From: an uncultured Poribacteria bacterium
GTDB taxonomy: Bacteria > Poribacteria > WGA-4E > WGA-3G
Direction of reading: 5' to 3'
Length of the DNA: 64,000 nucleotides
NCBI GenBank assembly: GCA_951828385.1
Contig: OX639973.1
Span: 5,990,845 to 6,054,844, forward strand
The notes beneath the pieces are model-generated. The model searched no databases. It was not told where the DNA came from and was given only the letters and a program-made list of their open reading frames with translations. Both the position numbers and the translations under genes were made by a program. Positions 36,465 to 49,300 of the stretch are shown here, piece by piece; positions within the stretch are counted from its first letter, which is position 1, and each line of letters starts with the position of its first letter.

Positions 36465-36600
36465 CGGATACCTCTCGAAAAGGAATGTTCATAATTAATA
36501 ATGATGCGACTTGAAATAAAAAAGTTTCACAATTCCGTCAATTCTTGATTGTGAACCTCGCCGATAGTAGTAGTTCAATGTTGAGTTTATAGGTAATCCT

Positions 36601-36693
36601 GTTCGTAGTAGGGCAATTCATTGCCCGTTCCTGACGTGCGATAATGCACTTCGCATTTGGGTGAGTACACCGCAAAATCGCACTACTACGAAC
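36601..36693 (-). repeat. HP-B repeat (reverse orientation) enclosed by the inverted repeat GTTCGTAGTAG / CTACTACGAAC
   Basis: 36646-36683 is the reverse complement of GTGCGATTTTGCGGTGTACTCACCCAAATGCGAAGTGC. The GACGTGCGAT..CGCACTACTACGAACC segment also occurs at 1581-1611. Confidence 0.65.
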
Positions 36694-36972
36694 CTACCCT
36701 CAAAGTCAAAGTTGAAAGACTAATAGATACGGGAACATGTAAAGGAGGTTGAAAATTCTATCTTTTTACAGATAGTGAGAGCGAGGAGGATTGTACCCGT
36801 ATTGCGCGATTTGCCCGCTTTCTGTTAGTGGAATTATACCATAAATCCAGCGGATAGTGTATATACTCTGAGCTGAGGATCCTCTGTTTTCTATAGACCT
36901 ACCTTCGGATCTATGATAACATGTCCGCTAACGGATTTTAATCTTCCAATAGGTTGCAGGAGAAATGACACC

Positions 36973-38109
36973 ATGGCAGCGAAAATGGCGTGCCCATTTT
37001 GTAGCATCCAAGTCGAATACGCTATCGAAAATTCACCGGATTGGTACCGAGATCCGTCTCTACCTGTCTACCGAATTGATTGTCATAATAAATGTAGACA
37101 GTATTGGCTTGAAGCCATTTCTGACCCACATCCACAGATTGATCCCGCCATCGTTGCCGTCTTGGATTCACTCAATGATGAACAACGGATGTTTATCTCC
37201 GAATCAACACAACACGCGTGTGACAGTGGCATTTTGATAGTTTATAACAGAAATATCTTACAATACCTTGTCACCGATTGGCACTATGCAAAAGCGGCTG
37301 TTATGTCGTATGAATTCAATGACATTTCATTCCGAATTAGCGGTATTGGATTTGATTTTGCGAATATGTTGTTTTTCTTAAATACTCAGGATGCTCAATT
37401 CACACTGAGACTCTATCAGGCTGGAACCTCTATTGATAAAATCCGAGCTGAGATCCATTGGTTAAAGGCACTTTGGAACGAAGCAAGCATCAGGACCCTC
37501 TCTCCCGTGCCTGGACGTGACGGAGAAATGATTCAATCTATTTCTCCAAACGACTTACCTTCGCGCTATGCGACTGTATACGATTGGATTCCCGGCGAGA
37601 CGCTTCACACACACTTTGAAGCGGAGAAAACACCGGAACTGATTCAGAGCCTTGGGACCATGCTCGGTCGCATGCACTATGTATCGGAGACCTTAGAACT
37701 ACCACACTGGTTCACTCGTCCTCGGTACGATACAGACTGGATTACAGCGAAAATTGAAGCAGCACTCGGAAGTGATATGGACGCTTCGGCGGAGGCACTT
37801 GCCAAGCTTTCCGCTCTTTCTTCGCGCTTCTCACAGCTTGTCACAAAACAGGGTAAGGGACGAGACGTTTTTGGACTGATTCATTCGGATCTGGAACCCC
37901 ATAATATCATTATCGCGGATGGACAACCCTGCCCAATTGACGTGATGGAGTTCGGGTTCGGTTATTATATTTCAGATATTCTGACGCTTTCACGCCATTT
38001 TAGTGAGGATGAACAGACAATTTTCTTTGAAGGTTACCAAGAAATCCGTCCACTCCCGACAGATTACCGGCAACAGTTGGTGCTATTTGAAGAGCTGCGC
38101 GTGCTGTAA
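36973..38109 (+). CDS. aminoglycoside-phosphotransferase (APH)/choline-kinase-like kinase with N-terminal Cys-rich extension
   Basis: Catalytic loop GLIHSDLEPHNIII and IDVMEFGFGYYISD; N-terminal CPFC...CHNKC; start set to ATG 36973 after AGGAGA. Confidence 0.65.
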   Translation: MAAKMACPFCSIQVEYAIENSPDWYRDPSLPVYRIDCHNKCRQYWLEAISDPHPQIDPAIVAVLDSLNDEQRMFISESTQHACDSGILIVYNRNILQYLVTDWHYAKAAVMSYEFNDISFRISGIGFDFANMLFFLNTQDAQFTLRLYQAGTSIDKIRAEIHWLKALWNEASIRTLSPVPGRDGEMIQSISPNDLPSRYATVYDWIPGETLHTHFEAEKTPELIQSLGTMLGRMHYVSETLELPHWFTRPRYDTDWITAKIEAALGSDMDASAEALAKLSALSSRFSQLVTKQGKGRDVFGLIHSDLEPHNIIIADGQPCPIDVMEFGFGYYISDILTLSRHFSEDEQTIFFEGYQEIRPLPTDYRQQLVLFEELRVL

Positions 38110-38258
38110 CCCAACGGATAAGTTTGATACTAACAACAGCAGTCCCGTTTATTTAAAACTAAATCACCCTGGTGAATACATCCATTGAAATTGACTTGCG
38201 TTAGCATTTGTGTTAATATAGCTGCACGAAAAACACAGAATGCCTAAGGAACCGACAC

Positions 38259-39650
38259 GTGGAACACCGCTATCTTTTTCTTGATCTGCATCACATCACC
38301 CGAATTGAAGGGTTGTATCGCCGGATGCACCAACCGCAACGGCATCCCGATAACCCGGTGCTGCGCGGCGAAAACCCGTGGGAGACCATCGCATCCCTCT
38401 ACGGCACAGTGCTCTACGACCCACAGGATTCACGCTTCAAAATGTGGTATCTCACCGGACCTTATGTAGAGGGGATGGTACAAATCCGTCAACGCAACGC
38501 ACTCGGCAATATAACACTTCTCGCTTATGCGACTTCGACCGATGGGGTGCACTGGGAAAAGCCTGTCCTCAATCAAGTCGATTTTGAAGGCAGCACCGAA
38601 AACAATCTGGTGGACATCGGACGCACAAACTGCGAAGGGGCGGCAATCCTCTACGATGAACATGAAACCAATCCTGCGCGCCGTTACAAAGCCTTTTATT
38701 GGGAACACGGCGGGATTGACACCTTTGTTGAGTACGAAGGACGCACGATCTGGGGACGCGGTGATGGAGACGGTATGTGGATGTCGTTTTCACCGGACGG
38801 TATTCACTGGACAGATTGCGAAACTAATCCCGTTATTCCGATTGATAGCGACACAACCCAATCCTTGGTGTGGGATCCGAAAATACAGAAGTATGTCGTC
38901 TTTGGACGATTCCGGGCAGGTGGACGTAAAACCGCTCGCGCCGAAAGTCCCGACGCGATCCACTTCAGCGAACCCGAACGCGTCTTTGAATGCGACGCGG
39001 TTGATGAAGAAGGTACCCAGATTTACGGCATGCCGATCAACATCTACGAAGGCATCTATCTCGGTATGATCTGGGTCTATCGCGAAGGCGTTGATGGCAC
39101 GATTGACACATCACTTGCTACCAGCCGTGATGGCATCAACTGGCAACGCGTTTTGGATCGTCAAACATTTCTAACACTTGGTGAGCCGGGAAGTTGGGAA
39201 GACGGCATGACGCGGATTAGTCAAAATTTCATCACACACAACGATCAAATCTATTTCTATTACGGCGGCGTGAATGGACCTCACACAGGCAGAAAATTTA
39301 AGCAGGTTGAACGCAAACACAAATCTATGCTCGGCTTGGCGACCTTACGACGCGATGGGTTCGTCTCCCTTGATGCCGGTGAGACAGAAGGATACATGCT
39401 GACAAAGCCGTTGACAATTGATGGCGGAGCATTACACCTCAACGCCGATGCAAGCCAAGGCTATGTTGTCATCTCAATCACCGATGATATTGGGACACCT
39501 TTAGAGAATTACACCTCTCAGCAAATCGTCGGCGATCAATTAGCCGCACCGGTTAAATTCGACCAACTGTTGGCAGCACTCAGAGGCAAAGAGGTCCGGC
39601 TCCGGTTTCAACTCAAGCGTGCAAGCCTATATTCCTACTGGTTCGTTTAA
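38259..39650 (+). CDS. hypothetical protein, possibly beta-propeller glycosidase-like
   Basis: 463-aa ORF with good coding appearance. NPVL.GENPWE and repeated W/DG-rich strands suggest a GH43/32/130-like propeller, but this is weak. Confidence 0.35.
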   Translation: MEHRYLFLDLHHITRIEGLYRRMHQPQRHPDNPVLRGENPWETIASLYGTVLYDPQDSRFKMWYLTGPYVEGMVQIRQRNALGNITLLAYATSTDGVHWEKPVLNQVDFEGSTENNLVDIGRTNCEGAAILYDEHETNPARRYKAFYWEHGGIDTFVEYEGRTIWGRGDGDGMWMSFSPDGIHWTDCETNPVIPIDSDTTQSLVWDPKIQKYVVFGRFRAGGRKTARAESPDAIHFSEPERVFECDAVDEEGTQIYGMPINIYEGIYLGMIWVYREGVDGTIDTSLATSRDGINWQRVLDRQTFLTLGEPGSWEDGMTRISQNFITHNDQIYFYYGGVNGPHTGRKFKQVERKHKSMLGLATLRRDGFVSLDAGETEGYMLTKPLTIDGGALHLNADASQGYVVISITDDIGTPLENYTSQQIVGDQLAAPVKFDQLLAALRGKEVRLRFQLKRASLYSYWFV

Positions 39651-39707
39651 TCATTGGAGACTATTATTTTCTTCAGTTTCAAGTTGTGTTGCTCACAAGA
39701 CCATATC

Positions 39708-39790
39708 CACCCGTAGGAGCGAGTGTTTTTGCTTGGGGTTTTTACTTGGGTGTTTCTGCGGATTTCCCCATGCTCGCGATATTTGAACTA
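39708..39790 (+). repeat. SL3-type module with TTTGCTTGGG-type loop insertion
   Basis: CCCGTAGGAGCGAGTGTTTTTGCTTGGGGTTTTTACTTGGGTGTTTCTGCGGATTTCC parallels 3773-3819 and 50126-50200. Confidence 0.6.
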
Positions 39791-39814
39791 CTTTTACCAT
39801 CTATGGAGGAAAAA

Positions 39815-40222
39815 ATGAAGCATATCTACCACAAAGAAGATGCCGAAGTCGTCCGCATTGAAGGCGAGGCACCGCGCACACTCTACACACTTATCCAACC
39901 AAATACAACGAATACTGAACATTTTGCTATGGGCTTAGAGGAGATTGACCCCAATAGCGAGATTCCAATCCATTCGCACAGCGAAGCCGAAGAAATTATT
40001 TTCGTCTATGGTGGGCAAGGAAAAGCTTTTGTCGGTGATGAAGTCGCTGACTTGAAACCCGGCACAGTTATCTATCTCCCACCCAATGTTGAACACCGTT
40101 TTGTCAACACAGGGGATGAGCCGCTTTGGATCACGTGGACGCTCTCGCCACCAGGGTTTGAAAAGCAAATCCGTAAGGTCGCAGACGGTTCCGCCGGGAT
40201 GGAAGTCTTTAGCGAGTCTTAG
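39815..40222 (+). CDS. cupin domain protein
   Basis: IPIHSHSEAEEIIFVYGGQG ... PPNVEHRFVNTG (cupin motifs 1 and 2); ATG follows GGAGGA. The upstream part of the track ORF overlaps a repeat. Confidence 0.75.
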   Translation: MKHIYHKEDAEVVRIEGEAPRTLYTLIQPNTTNTEHFAMGLEEIDPNSEIPIHSHSEAEEIIFVYGGQGKAFVGDEVADLKPGTVIYLPPNVEHRFVNTGDEPLWITWTLSPPGFEKQIRKVADGSAGMEVFSES

Positions 40223-40386
40223 TGAAATCGCCTTTTTATAAAATAATGCACCCTTTTTGCCCTTAAAGTGTGTCACTGTAAGTAAACCTACAGATATTTA
40301 AATTCGTTATCTATTTTTGGAAATCGATTTAAAAGCCTCAAAAATTTTAGGCTTCCAACGCCAAACATTTCCTCAAGGAGATCTTC

Positions 40387-43300
40387 ATGTTCAGAAAAGA
40401 AAAATGCTTAATCGTCGCGTGTGTACTTTATCTTTTATCCTGCACTTTCTATTTTCCCGCAATCACCCTCGCCCAAGACGAAAATGTCGTCGAACGCTAC
40501 AAATTAATGCTCAGTCGCAACCCGAAAGAAGGAAGTACGTTCGACCGACTTTACCAACTCTATCTTGAGGATGCTGGCTTGGATGCCATGGTCGCCGATT
40601 ATCAGGCAGAAGCAGCAGCCAAACCCAACGATTCAAACCTCCAACTCATCTTGGGACATATCCACAAACGTCTCGGAAAAGATGCGGAGACGCTTGCTGC
40701 ATATCAACGTGCCGTTGAACTCGCGCCAAACAACTATTATCCGCATTTTGCATTGGGACAGATGTACGCAACCCTGCGTCGGCATGAGGACGCGATTCGC
40801 GAGTTGACAAAAGCCGCAGAATTATCAGAAGAGACACAGGCCGCGTCTCCTGAAGAATTGATGACGATTTACAAGGCACTCGGACGCGCCTATTTCAGCC
40901 GAGACCGCGTAGACGAAGCAATTTCGGCATGGACAAAAATCTCTGAACTTGATCCAGAAAACATTTTTTCCCGTATTGAACTCGCAGACCTCTTCCGAGA
41001 ACAACAACTCTACGAGCAAGCCATCGCGCAACATGAAGCGATTATCGCACTTAAAACCGACGATCCATATCGCGTCTGCTTGAGTCGTCGGGAAATCGGG
41101 AATATACACGAGGAAAAGAGCGATTACGAGGCAGCCATCCAAACCTACGAAGCCGCATTGGCGTTGACGGCACCCGGAAACTGGTTGCGCAAAGACCTTC
41201 AGCATCGCATCATCGGCATTTACGCCGCTGACGGAAACTGGGAAGGCTTAATCACACACTATAAGGAAAAACTTGAAAATACACCGAACGATCCAGAACT
41301 CATCGGTTTACTGGCTGAAGCACATATTGAAAACCAACAGTTAGACGAAGGAATTGATGCTTATCAAAAGGCACTTGAACTCGCACCGACAGACACTGCG
41401 CTCCGCTTGAACTTAATCGCTGCACTCCGCACCGCTGAAAAATTTCAGGAAGCGGCGGCTGCCTATGAATCCCTCAGCGAACAACAACCCGACGATTTTG
41501 GCATCTACCGCGAACTTGGCGAACTATACCTGCAATTGGATGACGAAGACAAGGCAAAAGCCACCTATCAACGGATGCTTGCGCGCGACCCCGATAACGC
41601 AAGCACACACCTTATCCTTGCCGAGATTTACGCCAATCATGAATGGATAGATGATGCTGTTACAGCATATCAAAAGGCGATTTCACTGGCACCCGATAAC
41701 CTTGATTATATTGAATATTTCGGTGAATTTTACTTCCGAGAAGGGGACCGCGCGAAAACTTTGGAGACATGGAATCAGATGGTTGCTGGCGACAAAGCCG
41801 CCGCTGAAAACTATGACCGACTCGCGAAGCTGCTTGATAGCAAAGCACGCGTCCTAAACAGTCAAACCGAAGCCATCGCTGCAAGTCGAAAAGCTGCTGA
41901 GTTGGCGCCCGATGTCTACCGTTATCGTGAGGCGTTGGCGAAGCGACTCGTGGAGAACAAAGATTATGATGAAGCCTTAACGGAATACACGGAAGCCGCG
42001 AAACTCGCACCGAACGAATTTTTCGCTGAACAGATGGACAACCAGCGCATCGAGATCTTTCGCAGGCAAGGAACACTTGTTGAAAAAATCGGTGCTCTGG
42101 AAACAGCACTTGAAAAACCAGACATTGCAGCTGCGGATGCCTTCACCCAGTCCAAGCAGCTCGCGAAGATGTACCTCAAACTTGGCAATACCACCTATGC
42201 ACTCGAAGTGCTTATGAAGGCGAAGGCTCTCGAATCCAATGACGTTGTTGTTAACCGTTGGATCGCGGAAGTATACACGTTACAGGGACGGCGTGACGAT
42301 GCCAACGCTATCTACACCCATCTAATTGAAGTTGATGGCGCGAATGCCCGCGAATACTATGCAAACATAGCGCGCGCCTATCTTGAAGTCATGGATTTTG
42401 CTGCTGCTACGGAGGCAGCGAAGCAAGCAATTGCGCACAGTCCGCGCAACCCCGAAGGGCATCAGATGCTTGCACTGATCGCGAAGCAGGCAGGAAATTA
42501 CCAGACGGCTATTGACAGCTTCAAGCAGGCGATTCGGCTGCGACCGGAATCTACCAACATCCGTTCCGAACTTGCTGAAATTTACAAACTTTCAGGAAAC
42601 CCCCGACAGGCACTTGAACAATACTGGCGGTGTTGGGAATTGAGCGGAAGCATCAGTGATAAGCTCGCTTTTGTCAAACCGCTTTCTGAATTATATTACG
42701 ACTTGGGACGACGCGGCGAGTTGGAAGAAAAATTGAAACAGATGTCGAAAACGAACACATCTGATATAGGTGCCGTCGTCGCATTAGCGAACCTCTATCA
42801 GATGGAGGGCGACTTACCCAACGCACGTTTCCAACTTGCGCGCGCTTTAGATCGGAGGCGCGATAACCCGGACCTTTTGGCACAACTCGTCAAAATCAGT
42901 CTCGATCTCGGTGATACACAGGACGCGCTCACCTATCAACAACGACTCGTTAAGGCACAACCGAATCCTATGCATAGGCAACGGCTCGGAGAATTGCTCT
43001 TTGATGTCGGGCGGGAACAAGAAGCGATTCAGGCGTGGACCAAACTCCTCCATACCAAAAATCAACCCTTTGACGCAGAGATCAAACTCGCAACTTTACT
43101 GATTCAGCATGGACTGTTGGATGAGGCGATTTCTGTTCTTGACCGTGCGGCGGAAAAGGTAACAGGCCCAAACGCGCATATTGAACTCTATCAGTTGGGT
43201 GATGCCCTCGTCGAAATGAACGAATTTGACCGAGCACGTCCGCTTTTTCAGAGGGTGCTTGACATGCCTGAACCGACGCAGACTGCAACACAGAACCCAA

Positions 43301-46300
43301 TAACAAATGTACCTCGCGCGACATCGGGACCTCCCGGAATCAGGACAGATAGATTTAATCTACCGCGAACGCTCACCTCGCGAATTCAGCGATCCGCATT
43401 TCAGATGCAGGGCGGGCAGCAAACTCAGTGGATACCGACGGACTTTGATGAGGCACAAGCAGGCGCGCTCGTCCAGATAACAACTATCGCGCAACAGCAA
43501 CGAAAATTGGAGGCACTCATCAACCAGCTTGAAGCTCAAGCTGATGCCGATCCCAAAAATATAAAGGGCCTCGAAACGTTAGCGCAAATCTATATCTTAA
43601 CAGGAAATACCGACAAGACGAATGAAACACTTGAACGGCTAATTACCGCATCACCCAACGACCCTGTCTATCAAGGAACGCGCTTGACCCGATTAATGGG
43701 GCAAGGCATCAGTTATGAAACGCTGAAAAAATATCTTGATGAAATGACCGCTTTAGCCCCTGACGCACGGCTCTGGTATGTCGCACGATATGCAAGCGAC
43801 TTCTATCGGCAGGGACGCAAAGAAGATACCGAGAAGCTGGTCGTAGAACTTGTAGATGCAGAGGTGTCTGACCTCAATACTGGGGCAACGATTGTCAGTA
43901 CGCTCGCACGGATGGGGAAAACAGACGCTGCCGAGAAAGTCCTTACACAGATGCCAGTACCCGGGCTCTCAACGCCGCAACGTCAGTCAGTACAGAATAC
44001 GCAACCGCCAGCCATCGGTCAATTATCATCCGCATCGCAGCAATGGCATCGGTATCGGGATATTTATCAAAATCTCGCCACTGCTTATATTCGTGAGGGA
44101 CAGACTGACAAGGGTATTACGCTGTTCTGGTCCTTCTTTGAACGCACCAAACCGCAAGCGACAAACGCACGGCGCGTCGCAACCTTAGCTTATGCAAATC
44201 GATCTTACTCCGGCTACACATCGCTACAGACAAACTATCCAGCGCCGACGAGTTACTACAATCAAAATCGTTTACAGTTCCTCCAACGGGTTTTCAGCCA
44301 ATTGTGGTCCCGCGATCAACAGGAGGCACTCTACAAAAAATTGCAGGCTGAATTGGAGCGCGCGACAGGAAGAGACCGTATCTATCCGAGCTTGGCACTC
44401 AGTTATTGCTATTGGTGGGCAGGGCAGCGTGACGAGGCACAAGCGGTACTCGCCGCGCTTCAAAAGGAATTCCCTGAGGATCTCACCCTCAAACTAAACA
44501 CAATTTTTGCTTCTATCCAAGCTGGACAACACGCCGCGGCTTTCAAATTAATTACCGGACTCGCTGAGGCAGACCCGAGAAACCGCAAACAGTACCATGA
44601 ACTCACACTGCAGCTTGCCGTGCAGACAGGCGATACCGTTGCTGTACGCGAACTCGTGACGAAGGTACTCAATTCACCGAGTGGGGCGCGTGAACTTTAT
44701 CAATTCTCGCGAACGCTCCAACAGAACGGACTCACCCAATACGCAATCGCTATTGCCAAAAAAGCGATGACCCTGGCAACCGGTGAACGGGATCCGAACT
44801 TCCTTGTAGATTTAAGCCGACATTTGGATGACTTAGGACGAGGGCAGGATGCCGCACGGATCGCTGCGCGCGCAATGCAGTTCGTCAACCAGCGCGACCG
44901 ATACGGACGCACCTTGTATTCGTGGGACTTTCGACGCGCCGTACAGACCGCTGGGCGCGCAAAAGGATTGCGAGACCGCGAACCGCAGTTGGTGGCAGCT
45001 GTCCAGAAAGATCCTAATTCATTTCAGGCACAAGTCAGGTTGGCAACATTCTATGAACAGACGAATCAGGTGCAAAAGGCATCCGAAGCGTTTGACGCGG
45101 CACTTGCCCTGCGCCCTCAGGACAGTATGACACGACAGCGATACGCACAGATGTTACAGCGACGCGGCAAGGCAAAGGAAGCGGCAGCCCAATACTTGAT
45201 ACTCCTCAAGGAGAATCCGAGCGCACTCGGCTACAACTATTATCAGGTCATGGAGGTTTTCTTTACCGCTGGCAAAGTTGATGAACTCGTTTCGCTCGCG
45301 AAAGATATGATCGTCCCATCTGTCGGGATGGGTTATAGCAACTTTTTCGCAGAAGGCGTGGCACGTCAGTCCCTCGAAAACAATAACCCTAAAGCCGCAA
45401 TTGAACTCTACGAAAAAATTATTGCCGTGCAACCAAACGACATTTCTGCCTATACCGCATTGGCTTCCGCTTATGTCGCTGCAGGTGATCGTGAAAAGGC
45501 GATCCAGTTCCTACGCGAAAAATTGGACGTAAAAGACACAGCACTATCGCGATCCCCACACGTACAGGTGGATATTGTATCAAAACTCACTGAGTTCTAC
45601 AAAGCATCAGATCAGATAACGGAATTGCTAACCGAATATGAAGCAAAACTTGATGAGAAACCGGACGACGCGTTGCTAATCTATCTCGTCGCTTCTATGA
45701 AGATTGCAGCGGATGACCTTGAAGGCTCAGACGCACTCGTTGACAAACTCCTCGATGATTCAACACCTGTGGATACACACTGGTTAAACAATCTCGCCGA
45801 TGCTTACCGAGGCGCGAATGACAGAGATCGTGAACTGCGTTTGCTGGAGTCGGCAATCGCGAAAATCAATCATCAAGATACATGGCATCTGACAGAAACT
45901 TATCAAAAACTTGGCACGGTTTACGCCAAGAAGGGTGAGAAAGAGAAGGCGCAAAACACATTCCGTAAGATGGGGACGTTCCGTTTGCTCCAAGGGCGTG
46001 GTTCCTATGAGAAGCAACAAATCGCGAACACGTACATGCAACACGAAATGTGGACCGATGCTGAGGCACTCTTTACCGAAATCGTTAATGATTTCTCAGC
46101 GCAGCAGTGGGACCGGGAACAAGCACAACGACAGTTAATGCAAATCAAGCAGCGACGTGATGGGGTGGCGAAGACAACCCGTACGCCTGAAAAAATGGAG
46201 AAGTTTGATGTCGGGATGCAAAGAACGTTAGCACAGCAGTATGTTCAACAGAACGAGGTCAAAAAGGCGGTAGACATTTACGAGAAACTTGCAGAGGTGA

Positions 46301-49300
46301 TGCCCGAAGACCTTGAATCACGCGCACAACTCGCAGATCTCTATTCGCGTCAAAATAAGCACGATGAGGCAGTAGATACGTGGAAAGCCTTGCTTGACGT
46401 AGACCCGGAGAACACGAAGTATCAAGATGGACTCGTGGATGCCTACCAAGCGGCTGACAAAACCCCCGAAGCACTTGAACTCGCGCAGCAATACATCGAG
46501 GCGGAGACAGACAACGGTGTCCACTATGCGCGCCTTGCGAAACTTTATGCTGCCGAAGACCGCGTTGACGATGCCATTGAGGCATATAAAGAAGCCGTTG
46601 AACGTAATCCCGGTGATGGAAAGGTCTATCGTCAATTGGGACAATTGTATCTTCGTAAGGATGATCTGGATGCCGCAGAAAAAGCATTCGAGGATGCCAT
46701 CCAATACACAGGACAAGAGTTCGAGCGGCGAAGTATTGAACGGCAGCTCATGAGCGTTTACAAGCGCCAGGGCAAATTGGAAGATATGCTAAAGCAGGCG
46801 GAAGAGGCTGGCACGATAACCCTTGAGATGCAGCGAAACCGCGCACAAGACTACCGTAACGCCGGTGAATCTCAGAAAGCAATTGAGGCATATAAGAAAG
46901 CGTTGGATATGACCACGCAGAGTTATGAACGCGGTAACATTACCAACGAGCTACTGAAACTATACGTCCAAGTCGGCGATAACGATTTGGCGATAGAACT
47001 TTATGAAAACCAGTCTCAGACCGGCAGCCCGACGGGAAGTGTCTCTTTCAGTATGGGTGCGTCCGGTTTCAAAATTATGTCCGGTGGAGATGAAGCCCGC
47101 GAGACCCTGATTAATGCCTATAAAGATCAGGGGAAACTTGAAGAGTTAGAAACCATCTTTAAGGACAAACTTGAAAAGGACGCACAGAACCCAGCGGTGC
47201 TTGAAATGGTTGCTGAAATTTATCGGAATGCACGCGACTATGAAAAGGCTGCGGAAGCATATCAGGCACTCGGCAAAGCACAGCCGAGTAACCTCAACAG
47301 TTTTTTCTATGCTGCTGCCGCGCTCCAAAAAAGCAACCAACCCGATCTCGCAGAAGAGATGCTCAGTCAGGCTGAGGTCTCACTTTCAACCAATCCCCGC
47401 GCACAATTCGATATCTTTTTACTCATGACGCTCACATCCATCTGTGTTGAAGGGGAACTCTACGACTCGGCAATCAAACTCGCTGAGGACGCAATCGCTG
47501 TGAGCTCAAGGATGGGGGGCGGCATTTCTGGGTTGACGGAGTATCTATACGGTATGCTTGGGGAAAGCTACCTCGGTACAAAACGCTACGAAGAAGCCGT
47601 TGACGCATATAAACAGATGGGGAACCTCGCCAGATTTGACCCGATGCGAGAAATGGCAGAGAAGGGTATACGCCAAGCTTACACTGAAGGGAACCTTCAT
47701 GAAAAGCAGATTCCTGAGCAGTTACAGAAGATCAAGGAAAACCCTGATGATCTTGATGCACTCTTCGCGCTCGCTGAAAGCTACGAATTAAGCGATAAGG
47801 TTGACGAGGCAATCACACAATATCAAAAAATTAGTGAACTTCAACCTGATGATGCACAGTGGCACAAAAAAATTGGCGACCTCTATCAAAAGCAGCGGCA
47901 AACGGATGAGGTCGTTGAAGATACGGCACTCGACTTGGCTGGAAACAGGAGTTACGTGGAAATTGCCGATAGTGCCGCTTTGAACAATATCAGCCAACAA
48001 GTAACCGTGACCGCATGGATCAAACCGACCGAATACCCTAACAGGTATACCCCTATTCTTTACAAAGGGGACGAGCGGACACCCGAAATCAGCAATCGAA
48101 GTTACGCGCTCTGGCTACGGAACGATGGTCGGATTCAATTCGCTTCATCGCCAAGTGGTGAGGCAGAAAAATTCGCTTTTTCACCTCCAGGATCCATTAC
48201 GCTCAACAAGTGGCACCACGTCGCAGGTGTGGTTGATACTTCACAAAATATCGTAAAAATATATGTTGATGGTGTTATGGTAGGGAGCAACGACTTTAGA
48301 GGGAATCCAAACATTTATGAAAGCAGCCTGCCGGTCCGAATCGGCGGTTCTCATGAAGAAGAGTGGGTAACGCATGCCTCGTTCGTAGGGCAGATTGATA
48401 GCGTTTCTGTCTGGGATGTCGCACTAACAGCGGAGGAGATTCGTTCAAATATGAACGCTCGGTTGAAAGGAGATGAACCCGGCTTAGTCGGCTACTGGAA
48501 ATTCGATGAAGAAGTGGAAGGGAATGTCCCTGATGTGTCACCTAACAAAAGCAACGGTAAACTGGTCGCGGATGCTAAACTGGAGTCTTATACCCGTCAG
48601 ATCGTAACTGTGGCAGGCGCAGAACAGTTGACGCAGGCAGCGGTAGCATATCAAAAGGCTGTTCAACTTGAACCGACCTCTTATGAACTGTACAATCTGT
48701 TGGCACAGACCCACGAAAAAGCAGATCAATTGTCAGAAGCGGAGGCAGTGTATCGTCAGGCATTAGAGGCTTCGCTTGAAGATAGCGAACATGATGCCGT
48801 CATCCGGAGCATCTGGAAACTTTACGCCGACAAAGATCAGAAAGATAAAGGAATTGCCGTCCTTGAAGAATTAAGACCGAAAATAGGGACGAGTACTTCT
48901 TTACTTGAATTGTTAGGCGATGCATACAAAGCAGCAGGCGATGCTGAAAAAGCAGATGCAGTATACACCGAGTGGTTAGCGATTCGACAAAAAGAGGCAA
49001 ACCGACGACAAAGCCCTACGGGCTATCGCAGTCTTGCAAGGCAGATTCTTGACAAAGGCATCATGCCAGAAAAAGGATTGGAATTCGCTGAACGCGCATC
49101 GCAAATGGGGTCCGGGGCAAGTTACACGGAGACGTTGGCGCAGGCGTATGTCGCTAATGACCGGTATGAAGATGCATTAGCGCAGCTCAAACAACGCCTA
49201 AACACCATGGAACAGGAGGCGTTTGTACGCTGGTTAGCCGCATGGATTTCTCGAGCCGGTAAGAACGCTACCGACAAAGAACGTTACCTTGAGATGTTGG

